Source: Octopus sinensis (Eukaryota). From it: a stretch of DNA of 64,000 nucleotides. The position numbers and the translations under genes are program-made. Shown piece by piece: positions 53,660-64,000 of the stretch. Below the pieces are notes generated by a model. That model had not been told where the DNA came from. It did no database searches and was given only the letters and a program-made list of their open reading frames with translations. The stretch lies in NCBI RefSeq assembly GCF_006345805.1, contig NC_043011.1, positions 37,336,464-37,400,463 of the forward strand, written 5' to 3'. Each line of letters begins with the position of its first letter. Positions within the stretch are counted from its first letter, which is position 1.

Positions 53660-54250
53660 TTTTTTATTTCGCGTTTCGGCAATCATCAGTTAAATATAAA
53701 TACTACTCGGTTTGGTGATATATTTATATATAGGGATATGCTGGCAGTCTCTTGCATGTGTCTGTTCATTGGTTAGCTTTCTATGCTTGCTGATTGGTTG
53801 TTATTTATGAACGTATTCACTATTGATTTCATTCTTCCTTTGTGACTTGGTTTTTATTTTCCTAGTAATATTTGATTCACTGGTGTGATTTTGTTATATT
53901 TTGTTGACTTATTTTTCCATGCCTAACACTTATGGGCTTATATCCGTATACTGGACATATCTGCTTATATAATTGACGTAGTATGAATTGGGTTTCGCCA
54001 ATTTTATTTTTGGTACGAACCGTACTTTGTGAATACTGGTATCATGGCATGGCGTCTGTATTTGCGTGATTAGGTTTTGTTCGAGTCAAGTAATTTTTAA
54101 AACTTACTTGAATGCGTGTACGTGGAGGTGTCGAGAATGTAACAATAAGTGTTAAACAAAGTGAGGATATATCTATAAATGGAAACGTGCAGGAGTGCTT
54201 GATATTGCAAACTGTATTTCATAGTTGAGTGACTTTTAGTAATGCGTTAG
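53660..54250 (-). mobile_element. Old Penelope-like 3' fragment (GIY-YIG remnant plus degenerate hammerhead motif at 53665-53692)
   Basis: KIGETQFILRQLYKQICPVYGYKPISVRH parallels the YVGST...HRQQI...YRMIPFSEH stretch of the 7.1-7.5 kb PLE. Downstream is CTGATGATTGCCGAAACGCG, abutting (TA)n. Confidence 0.5.
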
Positions 54251-56818
54251 AGATTTTGATTTGATCAAGACTGAATAAGATATTTACATTGCGAGTCGTT
54301 TGGATTGCAGTACGATTTATTTAATTTTTCTCTTACACGGTTTGAAACTATCAAAATATATTCATAGCTAAAGGAAAAGGATCATTCTTTTTCATCATAA
54401 ATCTTCGTAAAGGGGAAATAAATCACACCAAAAATCGAAATTTGAAGCATTAATTAATTGAAATATGAATGATGACCGAGAATTTCACACCTTTAACTTT
54501 AAATTATCTACTTGCAGTACAGTCTGAAGTCACATCTCATACGGCCCTGTATTTTGAAGATATAGATAGGGGTGGCAATCTATCGTTAGCATCTCAAGTT
54601 ATGTAGTAAAAATTTCCATGGTGGCTTCAGTTCCTAATTTTTTAGATTTGTATTCAATGCCATTTAATTACACATTAATTTTGATTTCTCAAAACTTTAT
54701 TGAAACACGTACAATCACTTACAAATATACTCTTATTCGGACTTAGTATATTTGGTGTTATAACATCTAATGTGTTCTTCATTTCGCCCTGTATACGTCC
54801 AGACAGAATTGGCTGCTATTTGTAGCAGGAAGAGCGGCGAGGTATAGGCTCCCGAGTTTGCTCATTTTAGTTAGATGTCCTTCTGGATTGACTTCATGCC
54901 AATTCTAAATGAGCAATCCCATGCCCGAAAGACGTCGGAGCGTAGCCATCCCGCTTCATCCCCATGTACAGCGTGCACAGAAATACCTGCTGTATTTGTT
55001 TTCGCGTTCAGTGTGGGAGAATATAATTTGAAATTATATTGATTAACCCTTCGTAGAGAGGCATTGATTTTAGTTATGGCAGTATGTCCTTAATAGAAAA
55101 GATCCTGAAGCTCTGTTGACACGATATTATTTGAGGCTGTGGGCGTGATATCATGGATATTTGGCTGTTTGATGGATATAATAAAAATCATGGTTTTCAT
55201 AATTGTGTAGGTTACCTAAGCACAGTAAATAACATTCAACTGTTTTCTCACCGCCAGTATGAAAATACTAATTTCTGAAACCAATGAACGAGTCTGTACA
55301 TGGTAAACATAGCAACCATATCTTCCTCCCATCAGGACGAAACTTCTTGTAAAGAAAAAAAGGAAGAAATATATTTTTAGAAACTCATCCAATCACCACA
55401 TATTCCTGGTTAGAAAAACTTCGATTATAATCTGTTCGATCTGGGCTGATCTGAAGCTGAATATAACAACATCAATGAGAACTGCAACAATAACACAAAG
55501 AGCAAAATATGGCCTTCCGTTCCCTCAACTTGTAATATATTTTATTATCACAATTAACCCCAGTATATTATTGCATCAATGAAATATTGATGCCAAAAAT
55601 ATGGCTGCTACCTAACTATAGTCTCTAATACTAGAAAAGGTGGATTATTTAAGATGCGGAATACCGTAATAGCGGTCAACCTGATAAATTTCCTGGCAAT
55701 TATTTCTTTGAAACTAGAACGATATAAAGAAGGAATGTATAGAATAAGAAATATCGAACCCACAGTGATTTGGGCATGGAACCGAAAGGCGCATATTTTG
55801 AGAGGATGTATCGCCCAGCACTCGAACGAAGCAGCTAATCTGTAGATCATTTCCTCTGAAATAAATAATAAGAGTCATGCTATGAATATCAAAATCAATT
55901 GTTTGATGTTTACGTTCAGAAATTTGTTAGATTTTCACAAGAAGAAAGTTACTGAGCCGTAGATGAATGAAATCAAAGCATATAAAGCATATACCTGTGG
56001 ATTTCCTTTGAGGTATATTTAAAGGGAGCAGAAATATCAGGAAGAAAGGAGGCAACTAGTTTATGATTATGGCGTGACAGTAATCTGATTCTATAACGTT
56101 TCAAACGCTAGCTTCATAGCCTTGAGTCACATCACAACGATAATTATCAACGCTAGCTTTCATTGATGGAAACTTTTCAACTGCTATCGGGTAAAGAAAG
56201 GTGACTGAAATCACATTGGAAAACGATTAAAGGCCGAAGCTAGTCAAGTAAATAGGTAAGTGAGGAAAATACGCGATCGATCTGAAGATATACTAATAAG
56301 TCATTCATTTAATAGGACGTTTTAAATTTGATTTATATGACTGTATGATTTGATAAAAGCTAAAACAGTATTTTGAGTTCAAATCCAGCTGCAGTGAATC
56401 GTTTATTTTAACTTTTATCTTTAGAAGCTTAATACAGTACAGTAAGCACCTGTAATATATTTATATCTGCTGGATCGAATTTGCACATATGCTTGAAATA
56501 TGAATGGGGAAAATTAATGGAAATACTGTAAATGTTGAGTGAGCAGAGGCGTTATGAGAACACTGCGAATATACCCATGGTGTTTAGTCTTAAATTAGAC
56601 CCGACAATTTACATATATGCCGAAAAATATTCCAGTCATAATCATTGAAGTTTTTCGATATATACGGGTGCATATTCTACATTGTAAATGCTATAATTTT
56701 AAGGGGCTTGTGAGTGTTATGCGGAAGGTATCTTTGATATACTTCACAGCTTATGCGACCGCACGGACACACACACATATACACACATACACACACATAT
56801 ACACTCACACACATAAAC

Positions 56819-56858
<40 letters not shown>

Positions 56859-56860
56859 AA

Positions 56861-57460
56861 GGCGGCGAGCTGGCAGAAACGTTAGCACGCCGGGCGAAAT
56901 GCTTAGCGGTATTTCGTCTGCGTTACGTTGTGAGTTCAAATTCCGCCGAGGTCGACTTTGCCTTTCATCCTTTCGGGGTCGATAAATTAAGTACCAGTTA
57001 CGCACTGGGGTCGATATAATCGACTTAATTCGTTTGTCTGTCCTTGTTTGTCCTCTCTGTGTTTAGCCCCTTGTGGGTAGTAAAGAAATAGGTATTTCGA
57101 CTATCTTTATGCTCTGAGTTCAAATTCCACCGAGGTCGACTTTGCCTTTTATCATTTCGGGGTCGATTAAATAAGTACCAGTTTCGCACTGGAGTCGATG
57201 TAATTGACTTAATCCGTTTGTCTGTTCTTGTTTGTTCTCTCAGTGTTTAGCCCCTTCTGGGCAGTAAAGAAATAGGTATTTCGTCTGCCGTTACGTTGTG
57301 AGTTCAAATTCCGCCGCGGTCGACTTTGCCTTTCATCCATTTCGGTGTCGATAAATTAAGTCCTAGTTATGCACTGGAGTCGACGTAATCGAACTAATCC
57401 CTTTGTCTGCCCTTGTTTGTCCCCTCTATGTTTAGCCCCTTGTGGGCACTAAAGAAAGAA
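56861..57460 (+). mobile_element. SINE group B trimer inserted in (GATA)n
   Basis: One full head followed by three units of about 183 bp; AGAT repeats on both sides. Confidence 0.92.
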
Positions 57461-58204
57461 GATAGATGGACAGATAGACAGATAGATAGACGGCCTTATA
57501 GTCAGTGATCTGCTTACGTTAGTTCGGATTTGTTTTGAGTTTAGTTGCCTTCTTTTGAAGTAGGATTTATATATACTATTTAAAAATAACTCTTCTTCTT
57601 TCATCGTTTCTGTCACCCTATTTATTGTATATACTTTTATTTCACTTCTGGGTTAATCATGTTGGCCGTACACTAACGTAAGTTAAATTTGATGTTTGTC
57701 AACTCTTAGATACGTTTTTAAGATGGTAGGTAAATCTAAACATGAATAAAAATCACTTTCTCAAAAACTGAACTGAAAATATTATTAATGAAATTTAAAT
57801 ATTATATAGAAATTTTCGACAGATAGTATTAACTCTATTTTTAACTAGGGTAACAATTAAATCGATAACAGAATCTATGTTATAGCCGATTAATGGCCCA
57901 AAAAGGTATTAGTTAGCAGAAAGATTAAAATTTAAATTAATCAAAGGACATACTGAGTATGTCTACACGATGTAAATAACAGTCAAAACTCATATTTAAA
58001 TTGCCGAAAAAAAAAACATTTTAATGACTAGAGAAATAAACCGTCTGCGAGGAAACGGGTCAAGGACATCTTTCAGAATACCTTCTGGTATTTGGACCAC
58101 GTGGACCGGTTTCTGGACTAGCATTATAGCCACGCTTTTCCTCAGCGTTCACACATACACACACACACATGTATATATACATACATATATACATACATAT
58201 AGGG

Positions 58205-58395
58205 AGAGTTTACGAAAAAGACAAAATACGAAGACAGGTGGTGTACAAAACAAACAGATGTATTAGTATAACGCTCAGGAATAGAAAATGTGTTTTACGT
58301 TTCGAGCCTACGCTCTTCTACCTAAAGGGACACAGAAACAACAAGGAGAGAAACAAGGAGAGGAAAAAAGGAGAGAAAAAAAAGAGAGAAAAAAA
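58205..58395 (-). mobile_element. Short repeat family with hammerhead-like motif, copy 3 (motif 58293-58328)
   Basis: Reverse complement CTTTAGGTAGAAGAGCGTAGGCTCGAAACGTAAAA. Confidence 0.7.
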
Positions 58396-58448
58396 TGTGT
58401 GTAGTGGCTAACGATCAGTCGTGGCGACTGCCAGACATAATGGTGTTT

Positions 58449-58482
<34 letters not shown>

Positions 58483-58549
58483 GGTCCCGGGTTGAGTCGG
58501 GGTTAACCACAGTAATTAAGGTACTCAATACATAGCAGAGTAAATTAAT

Positions 58550-58660
58550 TTATTTTACAGAAGGAGCTTCTACAGGACTAGAACTGTTTCATTCAAAAGA
58601 AATCATCGATGATTTCTTTTGAATGAAACAGTTCTAGTCCTGTAGAAGCTCCTTCTATAA

Positions 58661-58665
<5 letters not shown>
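58550..58665. repeat. Loopless palindrome, 58-bp arms with one mismatch
   Basis: Centre ATCATC|GATGAT at 58607/58608. Confidence 0.95.
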
Positions 58666-58718
<53 letters not shown>

Positions 58719-58744
58719 CACCAGTTATCTCTATAGCTACCCTT

Positions 58745-58783
<39 letters not shown>

Positions 58784-59022
58784 AAATAAAATATTAGTAG
58801 ACAAAATCATATCTTTAGTGTAGAATTCACCTAATGAAGCCAAGTTTTGATTACTTTTTATATTTTTTCGTTATCCATTGACGTCGCAAATAGCTTAATA
58901 CAAAAATTTTTCATATGCTGTTTCTTCTCATAGTTCTTTTGTCGGCGTTCTTGTACTGGAAATATTTCCCGAGTTCATTTTGAATTTAACTAATTTTTGG
59001 TTCACCTTGAAATCGTTTTGTT

Positions 59023-59244
59023 TTTGCCACATACTGAACTCATTAGAAATAGCAGCTAAAGAAATTTCTTCAGCTATTTCTAATACTTAAAGAAGATCTC
59101 TCTCAGATAGTGTTTGCCTAAACCAACTCACTTTTGTGAGTTGGTTTAGGCAAACACTATCTGAGAGAGATCTTCTTTAAGTATTAGAAATAGCTGAAGA
59201 AATTTCTTTAGCTGCTATTTCTAATGAGTTCAGTATGTGGCAAA
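59023..59244. repeat. Perfect 109-bp inverted repeat with TTTT loop
   Basis: Arms 59023-59131 and 59136-59244 were checked base by base as exact reverse complements. Confidence 0.95.
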
Positions 59245-59309
59245 GTAATTTATTTTACTAAGCCCTTATATATAATGTAATATATATATATATATATATA
59301 TATATGTCT

Positions 59310-59505
59310 ATATCTGTCCACCCTCCATTGCTTGAGAACCGATGTTGGTACGTTTATATCCTCGTATTTTAACTTTTTGTCAAACGAGACAGGTAGAATA
59401 GGTACTAGACTTACAAAGAATATGTCCTGGGGTCATTTGTTCGACTAAAAGCGGCGCTCCAGCATGAGCGTAATCAAATGACTGAAACAAGTAAAAGAAT
59501 AAATA
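59310..59505 (+). mobile_element. SINE group A 3' half
   Basis: GGTAGAATAGGTACTAG...GCGGCGCTCCAGCATG...GACTGAAACAAG. Confidence 0.8.
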
Positions 59506-60254
59506 AATTCATATGTGTGTTTATATGTGCGCGCGCGTGTGTTCGCATATGTAAACAACTTCATGCATAGTTCTTGCATCTATAGAGGGAGAGTTAGATG
59601 CACTATCGTACGGCATATTTTTTTCAATTTTAAACCATGCAGTACCCATTCCACATCAGATGCAGATACATCCGATTTGTTCTCGATAGTCCGAGAGACA
59701 GGCAGAAAGGAAATGAATGAATAATCGAGGAAGTAACATGAATGTATATATTACCTGCTAATCATTTACAAAGATTTCTCACAATTGACAAGTAAAACGA
59801 GAACAGAAAAGAACAGCTTTCTGTGAAATTAAATCTCTATAGTCAAAAAATCATGTGGTCTAATTGTTGAGAGTTGCTGATGTCTCGATGTCTACTTCCT
59901 TTTTGCGTCTAAGAGGCAAATTGCAATTCACTTCTGTTCGCCAGCCAGTACAACTCCACCTATCAGAATTATATGAATGATTCATTAATTTTCCTTACTC
60001 GCCATCTATATTTATTCATACTCGATTATATGGTAGACATATGTATATCAAATATATTTCTATATAGATATGAGTGTGTGCGTATGTTTCAGAGAGAGAG
60101 AGGGAAAGAGAGATAGAGAGTGAGAGAGAGAGTACGAGAAAGAGAGAGAGAGCGTGAGAGAGAGTGTATATCACATAAATACATACATACTTATCGCTAT
60201 ATAAACAGATTGTACGCCCACGTACGTGCGCAAGCATGACACACGCATACATAC

Positions 60255-60288
<34 letters not shown>

Positions 60289-60419
60289 ATTTATGATATA
60301 TGTAGATATGTACGTATATGTATATGTGTATGTGTGTGTTTTATCTTCCCCCATACATTCACACACAGACATATCGATATATTTCTATCTTTATGTGTTT
60401 GTGTGCTTGTGTGCATATC

Positions 60420-60468
60420 TGTATGGAGATAGATAGACAAACAGATAGACAGACAGACAGATAGGTAG

Positions 60469-60534
<66 letters not shown>

Positions 60535-60545
60535 TAGATAGATAG

Positions 60546-60605
<60 letters not shown>
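60420..60605. repeat. (GATA/GACA)n-(TA)n microsatellite
   Basis: Directly visible. Confidence 0.95.
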
Positions 60606-60606
<1 letters not shown>

Positions 60607-62091
60607 GGTTGCCGGTGAAACTTGGTCACAGTCGAATCCAATCAAGACGCTGTATAGAAAATAATGGAAAACAACAAATAAAGCTGTATGCTTTAAGAGC
60701 TTATACATACAAAAGAAATGTAAAGTTTGCTAATTTATCTGATAAGTCAATCAAAAATAAAAATCTGCAAAAATATAAGAAAAGAGAAAAGTCAATATTT
60801 CGATGCTTTGTTGCTGTTCCATATTCTTCATCCAATCTGAAATGAACGTTAAAAAAGTACAAGAAAAATGCAATAAAGAAAATTGGTAAGAATCTAACCA
60901 ATCACATTTCAGTGAACTAACAGCAGCATTGCTTCAATAATTGTTGAACATCTTTAATTGCTACAAGTTTCCAAGACACAAATATCGTTATATATTTGCT
61001 GAAATTAAGTCTTAAGTTACCGAAATCTATCAGTCGAAATATAATTGATTAAATAAATAAATAAAAAAAATGTCTACAGTATCTGATATTATGGAAAGCA
61101 ATTTTGTTCCTGTTTATTGGCTTCTTTGAAGATAAATTCACGTAAAAATTTCTCACTTGTGTTCGACAGCATGTGGAAAGAGAAATATTTCTTTGATTCG
61201 ATATTTTTATTTTACTTCTTTTTTTCATCTTTTTGGTGCTGTCTTTATTTTTTTAACTCGTTAAATCTCGCAAAGAAAATTCTTTCTTTCGTTCTCCATA
61301 TTTTTCGTCCTCTTTTTTCTTTCCATTCCTAATTTGTTTTTCACCTTATTCATACGTAAAGGCAAATGGCTTACAGGGTTTATTAGAAAGAAACAGAACG
61401 CCGCCAAATAAAGGAAAATTGAAAAACCAAATAAATAAGCAAATAAATAGCAGCGAATAGAATTAACAAAAACAAATCAAATAGAATTCCTACTGAAATA
61501 AATGTGTAAAGTTGGGTAAAAATCTGTTCTTCACTGCCTTCCAGATCATTTAACAATCACATGTTAAATATCAATTCGAGAAACACATGGGAAACATTTC
61601 ACACCACCTTATCGTCGCCATCACCACCACCATCACCACTATCACCAATATCGGTAAAAACCATCACGACCACCACGACTACAACCATCAGCAATACCAT
61701 CTCCAACACCAACTCAACCATTTATTCATCTATCCATTTACATCAATCAATAAACTAAGGAAATGAAACCAATATGGCATTTGAACTCATACAATATCAA
61801 ACACCTCAGGCACTTTGCTATTGACCACTGTAAAAGTACTTCAAATTATTTTAGATGTGACAAGCTAAATGTACGTTGAGTTCGTTTACGGTTTTGATCA
61901 CATCAAATACATTTATCCATTAATATCTAAACAACGTATCTTCCTAAAAGACTTTGAACACTTTCGGTTAGCGTAAAGGAAAGTGTTAAATATTTTGTGA
62001 GAAACTCATAGCTTTGCACAAATTAATTTTCCACACTAAAAAGATTTTAAAGTTAAATGTTGCCCAAATTCTTCTATGAACCATAGTAATT

Positions 62092-62138
<47 letters not shown>

Positions 62139-63530
62139 CAGCCATAATTTTGTCACCTCAGATTCGATATTATTAGGAAATGTTCGACTGGAAATCACGA
62201 TAAATTGATTTCTTCAGTAGTATTAGTTTGTGAAGTTTTTCCTTCAATTTGGTTGGTCTTCGGTATTGTTGTAGGTCAGCTTTAAATAAACCTTTAATAT
62301 AAGGCATATTACCGACGTTTTCCAGCCATGACCATACCGTCTTTTGTGTATATCTGGGAAACATTACCAAATGTGTTTCCCTTTAATATAAGTATAATAT
62401 GAAGGAAATTTATTGCTACTTCTTGCAGGCCCAGGAACGACATACGAGCAACCAATTCATTTGGCTGGAATCCGTAACTAATAGTATATATACTGCTTCT
62501 TATTTGCTAAGTAACTGAGCTGTTCAATACATGCCAGGAGTATTCTCACAACGGTTATATTAGAGCCTGGTAGGAACGTAGTGTAATTTCAGTATTGAAT
62601 TCCCTGTAAAGCTTTAAGTAAAACGAGTAAATGTTTCCTAAATCAACCAAGACAGAGACCAATGTATTTCTCTTAATGACTAAGAGAGAGTTTATAAAAC
62701 TTAGAGTAAGAAAACTACTTACCGCATGGTTTTTTTGTCAAGATACGCGAAGTAGGAAAACAGCTCTAGATGTGTGCAAGGTATTATCGTATCATTTGAT
62801 TTAAAAACTTCACCGAAGATCTTTCCTTGCAAATTTCAAATCTACTTGGAATTTTGCCAGCAACTGAGCATCTTCCGTAACTATCCACGATCCTGTTGCT
62901 TATAAAACAACTAATACGAGTGACTAAAATCAACTGGGTATACACATTTGAAAGTTCACCGCTTTTGCAGCGATTAATTTGAATATTAAATTACCGGTAT
63001 ATTGATGCTACATTCCGCCGCTATAATAAAGTGTAGAACATATCTCTAACTTTTTTGAATCCAACAATGTAATTTCCGAGTTATATAAATTTTACGTATA
63101 GATGTACATTGTGTTTGTGTACAGACAAAGAACTTCATACATGCATACTTCAACTTTAAAGCATGGCATAGTATGTCACGTAATAGATGTACGTTGGGCC
63201 TGCTGAATAGTTCCTGGCTTTTGGTAAAATATAATAGAGTAGGATCAGTTAATTATGATTTTATCCACCATATTCCCCTCTTAGGTTTACGTACTTATTG
63301 CGGTGTCTCTTCAGTATTTTGTAAGCCCTGTAAGAGCACTCGGGAGGTTAGGCCTGCAACAAAGCCTTTCAAGATAACTGCACAGCCTAGAACTTTCAGC
63401 ACACTCTCTTATATTTTAGAAATTGCAAACTCTTTTATTATCCACGCACCGTTGCGTAGAACACCGGTGGCACAGAAGACTAAAGCCAGTCATTCGCTAG
63501 ACCAATATACACATATGTATACATACATAC

Positions 63531-63571
<41 letters not shown>

Positions 63572-64000
63572 TACACACACACACAAACACACGTATGTAT
63601 ATTATAAATCTCCACGAATATATCTTTTCTAGTTTGCTTCCGCACAAGGTATTTTTACGTATACTATGAGCAAGGGAATTTATTGCCTCCATTCTAGCCT
63701 TAGCGATACCTGTGGACCAATGGTTTCTGGGTTATTTCCATTTTTCGGTTGGCGGCTACTCGACCTTGCTCATAGTATATGCTTTACAAGCGACGCACAG
63801 TCGCTGATCTCGTAAAGAGAAAAACGAATAGTTTAAAATCTCTGATCGTGTACCGAACAGTAATGTCTATTTAACAACACTATCTGGCAGTCCTACACAG
63901 GACGATGCTACTGCTTTTTAACCACAGGAAAACATCTTACCCATCTGGCTACCGACACATGGTCTCTTTCCGTTTATATTTTTCAATTACAGATCCATAG

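Noticed and set aside
55608-55850. GPCR TM6-TM7-like hydrophobic ORF
   Set aside because: Only generic hydrophobicity, no other helices nearby, and AT-rich DNA readily gives such peptides.

Overview
AT-rich, microsatellite-saturated animal DNA, intergenic or intronic. The tRNA-derived SINE families and simple-repeat load suggest an octopus or other coleoid cephalopod genome (inference). I found no intact host gene, and most ORFs in the supplied track are translations of microsatellites. The window is a layered set of mobile-element remains: two Ty3/Gypsy remnants (one lacking the RT core and RNase H), three Penelope-like element (PLE) fragments, two R4/Dong-like LINE fragments among (TAA)n, a TIR-intact internally deleted mariner, a DD37D (maT-type) transposase remnant, a MITE, a triple C2H2-finger remnant, and about 20 SINE copies from three groups. 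The most interesting signal is a set of about ten hammerhead-ribozyme-like motifs, most with the short palindromic helix III typical of PLE hammerheads and most beside (TA)n tracts. The clearest is a non-coding 496-bp tandem unit at 13911-14898 with one hammerhead per monomer and an inverted 5' arm, i.e. a retrozyme-like or non-autonomous PLE. Also present are two near-perfect or perfect DNA palindromes (58550-58665, 59023-59244) and a triplicated unit apparently flipped between (TA)n tracts (39630-41586); these may be real or assembly artefacts. All protein and family calls are motif recognition by eye; no searches were run.
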